Shown: one piece after another, positions 29,501 to 38,976 of the stretch
Position numbering within the stretch: the first letter of the stretch is position 1
Layout: each line of letters starts with the position of its first letter
DNA from: Nostoc sp.
GTDB lineage: Bacteria; Cyanobacteriota; Cyanobacteriia; Cyanobacteriales; Nostocaceae
NCBI GenBank assembly: GCA_036918135.1
Contig: JBALDB010000007.1
Location: 64,001 to 128,000 of the forward strand
Length of the DNA stretch: 64,000 nucleotides
Direction of reading: 5' to 3'
Notes under the pieces: model-generated
What the model saw: the letters and a program-made list of their open reading frames with translations, nothing else
The model's database searches: none
Told to the model about the DNA's origin: nothing
Program-made: the position numbers and the translations under genes

Positions 29501-31966
29501 TGCCCCAGCAGCAAAAGAGATGGTAGTAGGAGAAAAAGTGTAATCGCTGCCACTAGTAGCAGTGCTAGTATTTTTAATAACAATAGGAACTGTGACAGCC
29601 GCTTCAGGAGAGGCATCTAAGGTAACAGGAATTGTTACTATAGTCGCGGTACTATCTTCTATTGTATTGTACGTAGCAGCACCAAAGCTAACTTTTGGCA
29701 GCACATATTCAAATGCTCCAATGTCAAGTCTGCCGCTTTCAATACGGTTAAAACCCGTGCCGCGTTGGTCGGTAGTTAAGCCACCGCTATAAGTGGGATT
29801 GCCAGCATTCCTGGCAGGACTGTTAAACTCTAAAGCATGAGTTTGTGTAGAACCACCGTAATTTCCTAGCGGTTTCAGTCCAGGGTTAGGGTTAATAATA
29901 TCTGTACCTGTACCCAAAGTCCCAGATAATTTGCCAGTAATTTTGCCAATCAGGTTGTAAGCATTACCATTGAAGTTGCTACCATAGACATCCGCTCCTT
30001 GATTACCTGGGTCAATATTGCCAGCAATAATGCTATTGCTGATGTTCACCGTGCCGCTAGATTTATAAATGCCGCCACCATCACCTTGACCGCTGTTATC
30101 ACTATCAGCGGTATTCCCAAAGATAGTGCTATTGCTGACTGTGGCATTGCTAGTGTAGATGCCGCCACCATAAGTTTTAGCTGTATTGCTTGAAATAGTG
30201 CTATTGCTCAAGGTGAGATTACTACTACTGTAAATGCCGCCACCGTTGCTGTTCGCCGTGTTGCTGGAAATGGTGCTATTGCTGATTGTGGCGCTACTGC
30301 TGTAGATACCGCCACCGTTGCTGTTCGCCGTGTTGCTGGAAATAGTGCTATTGCTAAGTATGACACTACTGCTGTAAATTGCGGCACCAGCGTTGGCGGT
30401 GTTGCTGGAAATGATGCTATTGCTGAGTGTGACACTACTGTTGCTGTATATCCCACCACCATCGTTATTTCCTGCATTTCCCCCAGTTATCTTCAACCCA
30501 TCAATAGACAGGGAGGCACTAGCACTAAAAACACGGGAAGTATTGTTACCACTGATGGTGAGTTTATTAGCCCCAGTTCCTTGAATTATCACTCCTTCAG
30601 TAATATTCAACTCCCCAGAAGTCAAGGTAATGGTGTCGGGGGTAGCATCACCGAATATCCCAGTCGTATCAAAGATGATTGTCTCAATCCCTGGATCGTT
30701 ATTGGCATTGATAATAGCTTGCCTTAACGAGCCAGCACCGCTGTCATTGGTGTTAGTGACTATATAAGTGGTGTTATCTACTTTGACAGATACATCGTCG
30801 ATCGCTAAACCATGATCGTTGCCTCCATCATCTATGTCTTCCCAACGCAGTATAATTTCTTCACCGTTAGCTATTGGGGTAGCTAGGGTAATTGTTACAG
30901 GTATAATCACAACTCGATTCGCGCTTTGATTACCGTTTAAGGCAGCTACGGTTGCACTTGCAATTGGCCCAGTGAAATCTAGCGATGTGACGGGCGTCCA
31001 TGTTCCTGTTGTCAAACTTGTGAGAGTTGACCCAGTTTGATAACTAAATTTCAGCTGTTGCGGTGATATATTATTACCATTACGCCATTGTTCACCCGTG
31101 TAACCTACTAGCAACTGAGTAATTGGTGAACCTGTGTTGTTTTGGAGGCGTAACCCATAATAAATAGTTCCTGTACTAGCAGAAGCTATAGAACCAAGTG
31201 CCCGATCTAGAGCAGTGGTACTAGTACCAAAACTGTACAATCCACCTGTATTATTAGTGCCACTACCAGCGTTGTAAGTTGTTCTTGTAGCATACCAACC
31301 TGAAATAGTTGAATCATCGACCCAAGGCACAGATGTTCCGAAACTAGCTAACGAGTTAAAGTTTTGAGAGTATGTGCCAGTAAAACTAGCTGGCAAAATA
31401 GATTTGTAAGCCTGTATTACTTCCGGTTGAAATGCTAGGGAAGCCTCAATTTTCCCTGTCTTCACCTCTAAATCCCAATCGCCACCTAAAGCTGTACTTC
31501 CTGTTTTATTACTGGAAGCGGCAACATCTGCCCCAGTAATTCGGCTAAGAATTTGCACAAATTTCGTGCCTTCACCGTTGGCTACATCACAGCCATAAAG
31601 TAGGATATCAGCGTTATCAGTTAAAACACTTGCCCACTTTCGTAATTGATTTGCATAACTATTGAGGTTAGTAAGGCTAAGGTAAGTTGACCCCAATTGC
31701 AAACTCCCCTCACTGCCGTGGGAGACAATGTGAACTGATTGAACTGAGTTAGGTTTACATCCTGCCAGAAACTCACTGATTTGGGTTAAACCGTCTCGAC
31801 TATGGTCAAGGATAACGACTTCACTACCAGGTGCGATCCCAGCGACTAAGCTTTGATAATCAATAACTTCACTATCTATAAAAACAATATTTCTGCTTAC
31901 TTCTAGTAAGTTTTCAATAGAATTAGTTTGGTTGTTAATATGACTATTTTTTGGCTGTTTGCTCAT
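26567..31966 (-). CDS. Large DUF4347 / beta-helix / Calx-beta repeat surface protein
   Basis: DUF4347 (HIVSHGSEGSLQLG, LYGCDVA, GGDWDLE), TNTNDSGAGSLRQAI, SNSTISSNTA..GGGIY repeats, seven 114-aa Calx-beta units. Confidence 0.9.
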   Translation of the reverse strand: MSKQPKNSHINNQTNSIENLLEVSRNIVFIDSEVIDYQSLVAGIAPGSEVVILDHSRDGLTQISEFLAGCKPNSVQSVHIVSHGSEGSLQLGSTYLSLTNLNSYANQLRKWASVLTDNADILLYGCDVANGEGTKFVQILSRITGADVAASSNKTGSTALGGDWDLEVKTGKIEASLAFQPEVIQAYKSILPASFTGTYSQNFNSLASFGTSVPWVDDSTISGWYATRTTYNAGSGTNNTGGLYSFGTSTTALDRALGSIASASTGTIYYGLRLQNNTGSPITQLLVGYTGEQWRNGNNISPQQLKFSYQTGSTLTSLTTGTWTPVTSLDFTGPIASATVAALNGNQSANRVVIIPVTITLATPIANGEEIILRWEDIDDGGNDHGLAIDDVSVKVDNTTYIVTNTNDSGAGSLRQAIINANNDPGIETIIFDTTGIFGDATPDTITLTSGELNITEGVIIQGTGANKLTISGNNTSRVFSASASLSIDGLKITGGNAGNNDGGGIYSNSSVTLSNSIISSNTANAGAAIYSSSVILSNSTISSNTANSNGGGIYSSSATISNSTISSNTANSNGGGIYSSSNLTLSNSTISSNTAKTYGGGIYTSNATVSNSTIFGNTADSDNSGQGDGGGIYKSSGTVNISNSIIAGNIDPGNQGADVYGSNFNGNAYNLIGKITGKLSGTLGTGTDIINPNPGLKPLGNYGGSTQTHALEFNSPARNAGNPTYSGGLTTDQRGTGFNRIESGRLDIGAFEYVLPKVSFGAATYNTIEDSTATIVTIPVTLDASPEAAVTVPIVIKNTSTATSGSDYTFSPTTISFAAGATGSNLTKLITFTINPDDLPENAETVVLNFGTLIGADLGTITESTLNIAANDSIQYAISTPTSSLIEGNSGTQAVTFTVTRSGGIGVASTINYAFSGAASFGSDYNNIQVPNGGTTASGTLNFAVGEKTKTITVDVLGDNIFETNEDIILTLSNPNLTAAPENSTITNSSAIVNITNDDNQPTVSISDVSLTEGNPGTTTNANFIVTLSNPSYQTVTVNYNTSDGTATVADSDYNSASGTITFNPGETNKTLNISVISDNKFETDETFSVNLLGATNATLADSLGVATIINDDTQPAISISDISVIEGNTGTTTNANFAITLSNPSYQQVTVNYNTSDGTAVVSDSDYNSASGTITFNPGETSKVISIGVIGDNKFEADETFGVNLLGATNATLADSLGVATIINDDNQPTISILDVSVIEGNTGTTTNANFTITLSNPSYQQVTVNYNTNDGTAVVSDLDYNSVSGTITFNPGETSKVISIGVIGDNKFEADETFGVNILGATNATLADSLGVATIINDDNQPTISISDVSVVEGNTDTTTNANFTITLSNPSYQQVTVNYNTSNGSAKVSDSDYNSANGTIIFAPGETTKIISIGVIGDNKFEADETFGVNLLGATNATLADSLGVATIINDDNQPTISISDVSVIEGNTGTTTNANFTITLSNPSYQQVTVNYNTSDGSAKVSDSDYNSANGTIIFAPGETSKTLSIGVIGDNQNESNETFSVNLLGATNATIADNLGVATIINDDNQSTISISDVLVTEGNTGTTTNANFIVTLSQPSFQQVSVNYNTSDGTAKVSDSDYNPANGTITFNPGETSKTISIGVIGDNKPEPNETFSVNLLGATNATIVDSLGVATITNDDPPPAISISNVSLNEGTTGMITNANFVVTLSNEFYQRIIVNYSTSDGTAKDSDSDYNFGLGTIIFEAGETSKVISIGVRGDNKVEPNETFFVNLYGAANATFANSQGVGTIINDDR
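26570..28965 (-). repeat. Seven tandem 342-bp Calx-beta coding units
   Basis: Unit ISDVSV.EGNTGTTTNANF...LGVATIINDD recurs at 342-bp spacing (e.g. 27516, 27858, 28200). Confidence 0.9.
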
Positions 31967-32388
31967 ATATTTTCTTCTTTAAAAAAACTAGATTTTGATG
32001 AAAAAATTATCAAATATAAGCATTATTACAAAGCTATTTTCTGCTTATTTAGCTGGTGTTACTTGGAACATAGATATAAAACTCTAATTCATATCTAAGC
32101 GTTGTGCTGAAGCTGATTAGAATTACACGCTCATAGTGCGTAGCATTTTGTAGACAGGGTTGATAGTTTTTTAGAGCAACTTAGCAGGGATCGGTTTAAT
32201 ACATTGAGAACTCATACCAAATCATAGATTTTATGATGCTTCTTTTGTGGGATATTACGTATTACATAAAGAGTAATTGTGATTCCTGAATTTAGAATTA
32301 TTCAATTAATTTTATAGAATTAAAAAATTGAGAAACCCGATTTATTTAGATAAACCGGGTATAGTTGCTCTATCACCACCGTGGTATA

Positions 32389-35300
32389 TTAGTAAGTGAT
32401 AAAATAGTTAGCGTTTAAAGTGGATGCCGTAATTCCACTTAACACAGCAAGACTTTCGTTAGTGGAAGTAACCTTAATTAAGGTATCTTTGCCGCTCTGA
32501 GTAATAGACAAACCTGAATAGCTCAACCCACCTGATAAAGCAATCAAATCTTCACTAGTGTTGAAGTCTTTAATGGTATCTCTACCTTCACCTTTGGCAA
32601 GCACAAAGATATCATTACCTGCACCCCCTGTAAGAATATCAGTACCCAAACCGCCGTAAAGTTGGTCATTTCCTGCTCCACCAACAATTACATCATTACC
32701 AGCAAAGCCAAAAATCAAGTCGTCTGAGCTAGTTCCCTGCAAGGAGGTATCAGCCTTAGCTGAACCCGTAATAATGCTGTTAACTTGGTTGCCATTTTTT
32801 ATGTTAACGACATCAACATCACTGGGGTTGAGATTGTTATATTTAGCATCACTACTAACCGCTGCGCTAGTAATAATTTGGTAAGCAGTGTTGTCATCTG
32901 CAACACCATCATTAACACCTGTAACCACAATTGTTTGGGGTGTATTCCAGTTAGCTGTGGTAAAGGTAACGCTACCAACTGAAACAGTACCTTCATTCGG
33001 ATTAGAACTACTCAAACTTAAGCTGACATCAGCAGTGGGTTGGCTAGTAAGTTGAATACTGAAGTTAGCACTACCACCTGCTTCGCTAGTTACTAGTGCG
33101 GTTGTGGGAGAGATAGTAAAACCCGCTATATCGTCGTCAGTAATAGTACCATTAGCTTGGTTATCAGCAATGGTGGCATTGGTGGGATTAGTCAGATTGA
33201 CAAAAAAGCGCTCGCTTGATTCAACAACGAAATCATCAATAATTGGTACGGTAATTATTTGACTAGTAACTCCAGGGTTGAAAGTCAGGGTTCCTGTGAC
33301 TGGGGTGTAATCACCAGGTGCGATCGCAGTATCATTACTAGTGTTGTAATCGACTGTAATGACGTTATTGCTAGCGTTGGAGAGTTTGACGGTAAAAGCA
33401 AGACTGCTGCTATCTTCACTGCCGCTTTTATCTGCGATGGAGATACTGGGTGCATTGTCATCATCAACTATAGTGACTGTACCTGGAGCGATCGCAGTTG
33501 TTTGGTTGGGATAACTTAGGTTGAGATTAACAGTTTCGTCAGCTTCAGTGATTTTATCACCCACAACATTTAAGGTAATAGCCTTTGTTGTATCACCAGC
33601 AGCGAATTTTAAAGTCCCAGATGAACTACCTGTGACACCTGCAACTTTAACGCTATTGTAATCACTGTTAAAAGTTGCTGTCCCATCCAGAGCATAATTT
33701 ACACTAGTGGCAACAGTAGTATCACCACTGCGAGTCACGGTGAAGGTGACTGTTTTGCTACCACTATTACCTTCAGTTACAGTTGGGGTAGCAGTTGAAA
33801 TAGCGTAATTGACATTAGCACTAGGAGCAAAGTTACTGTCTCCAATGTGATTTAATGGTTGTCCGGCAAAGCTTCCAGATGATGTTTTAGTACCAGTACC
33901 TAATGTCAAATTTGGCGCTGTGCCAGTGATTACACTTGCCACCCAATCCGAGGCTGTTGAACCTGTGGTATCACCTGAACGGCCTACATATCCTGGTATA
34001 AACGAGGTATTAACAACTGTGGCATTCGTTGGAATTGAACCGCCAGCACCTTTTCTAAATACAATCGAGCCATAAGCTTTGTCTGTAGTTCCGCCATCTA
34101 AAACTGAAACTGAATCGAGTACACTCCAATTTGAGTAAGTACTACCATCAGCAATACCATCGTTATTTGAGTCAATATCATTAGTAAGGGTGGGTGCAGT
34201 GGCAGTTTGAATCAGGAAGAAGCTAACAGATCCACTTTCGATATCGTTTGCACCCATGTGACCAATTGAACTTGAGGCTCCGTTCCCCCATCCGGCTCCA
34301 GTTCCAGTATTAGTTACTACATTTGCACCAGGTTTAGCTGTATAAGTACTGCCTTTTTGCAGTAGAACCAAAAATCCATTACTACCAAACTGCTTACCAG
34401 ACAAATCAAAAATATCCTGAACAGCGCCAGGATTAGGGGAGCCAGTATCACCTTCAATTCCAACTAAATAAGTTCCAGCTGCTAGAGTTGTACCGGGAGT
34501 GCCACGCAGTTCGATATATTCTTTGGGGCTGTCTGTAGCTGGAGGATCGAAAAGAATTTCGTTGATTACTGTCGGTACAGGAATCACCTGATCGTCGTTA
34601 ATGATGTTTACTTGAGTTGAACTGGTAGTAATTGTGGAACTTGCTGGCGCAGCTGTGAGATTGGGGTTACTTAAAGTAACAATAATGTTTTCATCAGATT
34701 CAATTGTTTTGTCACCCAAAACATTGACTGTAATTGTCTTTGTTGTTTCCCCAACTGCAAAGCTTAAAGTCCCCGATGAAGCAGTTCCACCATTCGTAAC
34801 TTGAATATTGTTATAGTCACTGCCAAAACTTGCTGTACCGCTAAAAGCATAATCTACCGTACTCGCCACCCCAATACCACCACTGCGGGTGACGGTAAAG
34901 CTAACAGATTTTGTACCGCTATTACCTTCAGTCAAAGTTGGGGTATTAGTGGAAATTGCGTATTGAATCGCATCGTTAGCAGCAATATTGAGAGTGGTTT
35001 GAGTAATTGTCCCACCAACAGCCCCTGTCAATGTGCCGAAGTTGAGTACAACCGTTTCCGCATTTTCAGGTAGATCATCTGGGTTAATGGTGAAAGTTAC
35101 TAGTTGGGTTAAATTTGAATCTGTTGCTCCACTGGCAAAGGTGAGACTAGTAGGGGAAAAAGTGTAATCGTTGCCACTAGTAGCGGTACTAGCGTTGTTG
35201 ATGACAATAGGAACTGTGACATTAGTGTTGGGAGTGGCGTCTAAAGTAACAGCGATAGTTACCACAGTGGCAGTACTACCTTCTGTAGTGTTATAGCTAG

Positions 35301-36870
35301 CAGCACCAAAGTTAACTTTTGGAGGTATATAGCCACCACTGGAAGTTGTATTCAGTAGCACTGAAACGTTATTAGAGCCTGAATTAGCCACTACTAAGTC
35401 AAAATCATTGTCTTTGTCGAAATCCCCGACTGCCAAGGAATTCGGAGTGTTTCCAACGCCAAAATTAGTAGCAGTATTAAAACCACCACTACCATTGCCC
35501 AAAAGTATTGAAACATTGTCTGAGTCGGCGTTAGCCACCGCTAAGTCAGAGTTCCCGTCATTGTTTAAGTCTCCCACTGTCACAGAATAAGGACTGCTTC
35601 CGACGCTAAAATTGCTGGCACCTCCAAAACCACCACTACCATTGCCCAACAGCACTGAAACATTGTTGGAGGAATTGTTAGCCACGGCTAAGTCAGAGTT
35701 GCCGTCTTTGTTGAAGTCTCCCACTGTTATGGAAAAGGGAGTGCTTCCCACACCAAAGTTAGTGGCAGTACCAAAGCCACCACTCCCATTGCCCAACAGC
35801 ACTGAAATACTATTGGAGCCTGCATTTGCTACCGCTAAGTCTGACTTACCGTCTTTGTTGAAGTCCCCCACTGTCACAGAATAGGGATAGTCTCCCACAC
35901 CAAAGTTAGTGGCAGTACTAAAGCCACCACTGCCATTGCCCAACAGTACTGAAATGTTGTTGGAGTTAGAGTTAGCTACCGCTAAATCAGAGTTGCCGTC
36001 ATTGTTGAAATCTCCCACTGTCACGGAATAAGGACTGCTTCCCACACCAAAGTTAGTGGCAGTACCAAAGCTACCACTGCCATTACCCAACAATACTGAA
36101 ATACTGTTGGAATCTGCATTAGCGACGGCTAAGTCAAAGTTACCGTCTTTGTTGAAATCTCCAACTGTCACGGAAATGGGACTGTTTCCCACACCAAAGT
36201 TAGTGGCAGCCCCAAAACCACCACTGCCATTGCCCAACAGGACTGAAACGTTGTTGGAGTTAATGTTAGCTACGGCTAAGTCAGAGTTACCGTCTTTGTT
36301 AAAATCCCCAACTGTCACGGAAGGGGGATTGCTTGCAACGCTAAAGTTGGTGGCAGGTGCAAATAATGAGGGTAAAATTGAGCGGTAAGCTTTCGTTACC
36401 TCTGGTGTCAAGGCTAAGTCTGACTCAATGGAGCCAATCTTCACTTCTAAATCCCAATCACCACCTAATTCGGCATTACCTGTGATGTCATCAGAAGCAG
36501 CCACATCTGCGCCTGTGATTTGGCTTAGACGCTGTACAAAAGTTCGATCTCCTGATGCCACGTTGCAACCGAAAACCAGAATATCAGCATCATTAGTTAA
36601 ATAATCTCTCCACTGTTGCAACTGATTGCTGTAGGAGTTCAAATTATTGGCATTGAGTTGAGTTGACCCTAGTTGCAAACTACCTTCGCTGCCGTGGGAG
36701 ATAATTTGAACTGATTGGTATTTGCCACCTTGCAAAGCTTGAGTGATTTGTTCTACTCCATCCTTAGTGGAGTCAAGGATTACTACACTAGTGCCTGGTT
36801 TGATGCCAGCAATCAAACTTTCGTAGTCGATAACTCCTGCATCGATAAAGACAATATTTTGATTTGCCAT
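32389..36870 (-). CDS. DUF4347 / FG-GAP (VCBS) / lamin-tail-like / Calx-beta / RTX adhesin
   Basis: DUF4347 N-terminus, seven GDFNKDGNSDLAVAN repeats, VINEILFDPP..EYIELRG, Calx-beta units, C-terminal GGAGND repeats and DTIKDF (T1SS-type tail). Confidence 0.9.
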   Translation of the reverse strand: MANQNIVFIDAGVIDYESLIAGIKPGTSVVILDSTKDGVEQITQALQGGKYQSVQIISHGSEGSLQLGSTQLNANNLNSYSNQLQQWRDYLTNDADILVFGCNVASGDRTFVQRLSQITGADVAASDDITGNAELGGDWDLEVKIGSIESDLALTPEVTKAYRSILPSLFAPATNFSVASNPPSVTVGDFNKDGNSDLAVANINSNNVSVLLGNGSGGFGAATNFGVGNSPISVTVGDFNKDGNFDLAVANADSNSISVLLGNGSGSFGTATNFGVGSSPYSVTVGDFNNDGNSDLAVANSNSNNISVLLGNGSGGFSTATNFGVGDYPYSVTVGDFNKDGKSDLAVANAGSNSISVLLGNGSGGFGTATNFGVGSTPFSITVGDFNKDGNSDLAVANNSSNNVSVLLGNGSGGFGGASNFSVGSSPYSVTVGDLNNDGNSDLAVANADSDNVSILLGNGSGGFNTATNFGVGNTPNSLAVGDFDKDNDFDLVVANSGSNNVSVLLNTTSSGGYIPPKVNFGAASYNTTEGSTATVVTIAVTLDATPNTNVTVPIVINNASTATSGNDYTFSPTSLTFASGATDSNLTQLVTFTINPDDLPENAETVVLNFGTLTGAVGGTITQTTLNIAANDAIQYAISTNTPTLTEGNSGTKSVSFTVTRSGGIGVASTVDYAFSGTASFGSDYNNIQVTNGGTASSGTLSFAVGETTKTITVNVLGDKTIESDENIIVTLSNPNLTAAPASSTITTSSTQVNIINDDQVIPVPTVINEILFDPPATDSPKEYIELRGTPGTTLAAGTYLVGIEGDTGSPNPGAVQDIFDLSGKQFGSNGFLVLLQKGSTYTAKPGANVVTNTGTGAGWGNGASSSIGHMGANDIESGSVSFFLIQTATAPTLTNDIDSNNDGIADGSTYSNWSVLDSVSVLDGGTTDKAYGSIVFRKGAGGSIPTNATVVNTSFIPGYVGRSGDTTGSTASDWVASVITGTAPNLTLGTGTKTSSGSFAGQPLNHIGDSNFAPSANVNYAISTATPTVTEGNSGSKTVTFTVTRSGDTTVATSVNYALDGTATFNSDYNSVKVAGVTGSSSGTLKFAAGDTTKAITLNVVGDKITEADETVNLNLSYPNQTTAIAPGTVTIVDDDNAPSISIADKSGSEDSSSLAFTVKLSNASNNVITVDYNTSNDTAIAPGDYTPVTGTLTFNPGVTSQIITVPIIDDFVVESSERFFVNLTNPTNATIADNQANGTITDDDIAGFTISPTTALVTSEAGGSANFSIQLTSQPTADVSLSLSSSNPNEGTVSVGSVTFTTANWNTPQTIVVTGVNDGVADDNTAYQIITSAAVSSDAKYNNLNPSDVDVVNIKNGNQVNSIITGSAKADTSLQGTSSDDLIFGFAGNDVIVGGAGNDQLYGGLGTDILTGGAGNDIFVLAKGEGRDTIKDFNTSEDLIALSGGLSYSGLSITQSGKDTLIKVTSTNESLAVLSGITASTLNANYFITY
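35350..36365 (-). repeat. Seven 147-bp FG-GAP coding repeats (probable 7-bladed propeller)
   Basis: 49-aa unit ATNFGVG..P.SVTVGDFN.DG.SDLAVAN..SN.VSVLLGNGSGGF. Confidence 0.85.
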
Positions 36871-37236
36871 TTGTAGTTCCTCTGTAAGTTACTTGGATTT
36901 AGAAGTTTGTGTTCTGGTAGTTGCACAATGATTGTTAATAGTAGATAAAATTTGGCAACTCAAAATTGATGACTTTAGTCACCCAGCAATAAGCAGGAAG
37001 CAAATGCTTAAACATTCGCTTCCATCAATAAATAAAATAGGTAATTTAACCTCTTTTTATTTAGGTAAAACAAAAAAGTCTGATATCATAACTCAGTACA
37101 AAATTAGGCTAAAAATATAATAATTACTACAGTATTATTACTGTAATAACAAAGGTGTGTTAAAAATAAATGGTCTAAAACTTATATTTGATTATGTAAA
37201 ATACACTTAGTGGCATAGCAAGACTAAAATGTTGCA

Positions 37237-37303
37237 TTATGGTTTTCTTGTGGGATGGGTGTCCTTACCCGTCCGGGCAGGCAAGATACCCACTCCACAA
37301 GAA
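37237..37303. repeat. Palindromic intergenic repeat
   Basis: TTCTTGTGGGATGGGTGTCCTTACCCG...CGGGCAGGCAAGATACCCACTCCACAAGAA long imperfect hairpin; a degenerate relative lies near 38806-38872. Confidence 0.55.
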
Positions 37304-37421
37304 CTAAATTATATGCACAACTTCTGTTGATGCCATTTGATTTGCCAGTGTACACTTTATTAGTATTTTTTGAGCGATCGCCCATGATAGATGTCAAGAA
37401 ACATTTCTGTTTTTGAGCACG

Positions 37422-38585
37422 CTAAACTATTTGAATATCTAAATTGGGTGAAAAACCAATAGGCTTATTTTCAAGAATGGCAAATCTAGAATCTTGGAAG
37501 AACAAAGAACCATTTAGGGGATCGTAACTAAAGTCACTGCTTGAAGTAGTACCAAACCCTGCTTGAGAAACCTGGATTTTGTCACCTTCAACAGCCTTGA
37601 AGTCTTTAATAATGTCAACACCTTCTAATACATTGGTAAAAACAAATTTATCTGCACCTAGTCCACCAGTAAGAGTATCGTTGCCATTTCCACCAGAGAG
37701 TGTGTCATTGCCACTCCCACCAGAAAGTGTATCGTTACCGCCATTGCCAAATAATAAATTATCTTGCCTATCTCCAACAATAGTGTCACTTTGATTTGTA
37801 CCTTTGACATTATCAAAGTTTATAAATGTGAACTTAGCTGTATTTCCGCCAGGAAGATTATTTATTACAAAACTTTGAGTTTCAAGGTTTGCGTTGACTG
37901 ATGCATCTCCAATTGAAAAGAGTGCTGAAGGAGCAATTGAGGCGTCTATAGTGTTATTTACAGCACTAGGATCGACAACAAGCTTTTCAAATTCGCCAAG
38001 TAAATCTGTACCTAGTCCGCCACCTTTTTTAAGAGTTCCATCAATAAAAATGGTAGAGCTTACGCCTATTGTGCTGTAATCAGCCGTATCAATACCACTT
38101 CCACCAAGTAAGGTATCGTTGCCTGCACTGCCTCTAATAATATCATTGCCACCCTTGCCAAATAATTGATTATCCTGAGCATCACCAGTAATAGTATCAT
38201 TTTGTTTTGTACCAATTACATTTACAAAATTCTCCACCTTAACTATTATTGGCGGCGAACCTACAACTCTAATTTCTAGTCTTTGTTGAGACAAGTTAGC
38301 TACTATTGATACATTGTTGTTATCAGTCGTAGCATTAATGATGTTAACTTGTCCGGTAGCACCAATAACGCCTTCAACAAAATCTTTAAAGGTGTCAGTT
38401 CCAATAGCACCTTTTTGAATAACCACTGGTCGGATTGTTATAGGTTGTCTTAAAGCGCTGTAGTCAACAACATCCTTACCATTTCCACCCTTTATAGTAT
38501 CATTACCTGCACTGCCGATAAATCTGTCATTCCCGTCAGTTCCGCTTAAAGCATCATTTCCATCAGAGCCTCTTATTATTGCCAT
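37422..38585 (-). CDS. RTX-type calcium-binding protein
   Basis: Several GGxGND nonapeptides, ENFVNVIGT, C-terminal GADKFVF..DIIKDF. Confidence 0.88.
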   Translation of the reverse strand: MAIIRGSDGNDALSGTDGNDRFIGSAGNDTIKGGNGKDVVDYSALRQPITIRPVVIQKGAIGTDTFKDFVEGVIGATGQVNIINATTDNNNVSIVANLSQQRLEIRVVGSPPIIVKVENFVNVIGTKQNDTITGDAQDNQLFGKGGNDIIRGSAGNDTLLGGSGIDTADYSTIGVSSTIFIDGTLKKGGGLGTDLLGEFEKLVVDPSAVNNTIDASIAPSALFSIGDASVNANLETQSFVINNLPGGNTAKFTFINFDNVKGTNQSDTIVGDRQDNLLFGNGGNDTLSGGSGNDTLSGGNGNDTLTGGLGADKFVFTNVLEGVDIIKDFKAVEGDKIQVSQAGFGTTSSSDFSYDPLNGSLFFQDSRFAILENKPIGFSPNLDIQIV

Positions 38586-38976
38586 AATCTTGTTTTGCTT
38601 CTATTTAAATAACTGCTGTATAGTAACTTGTTATCAACTAGATTATTTTTAATAAATATTACAGATCGTGGCTCAGAGGTGTTTATCAAACTCGTTTGCT
38701 GCTTGTTGAATTACACATAGCAGTTATTTCTGATTTAGGAGTGATTCCAAACTTTAATAACGATATTTTAGATGTAAAAAAGGTAACGAAAAGCATACTC
38801 ATCTATGGTGAGCGTCTTGCCCGTCTGTAACGTCTGTAACCAAAAGCAGACAACATATCCACCCAGCAAGAGGCAAAAATCAAGAGATTAAAAAATTTCA
38901 CTTGCCAATCGTAGCGATCGCACCTTTTACAATAGAAGTAGTTAGCATAGCTAATTACTGCTGGAGGTACTCAAAT

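Noticed and set aside
32058..38716. Short shared words upstream of adhesin/RTX genes (GTTACTTGGA, GAATTACAC)
   Set aside because: Only 9-10 bp at inconsistent spacing; could be chance or residual paralogy.
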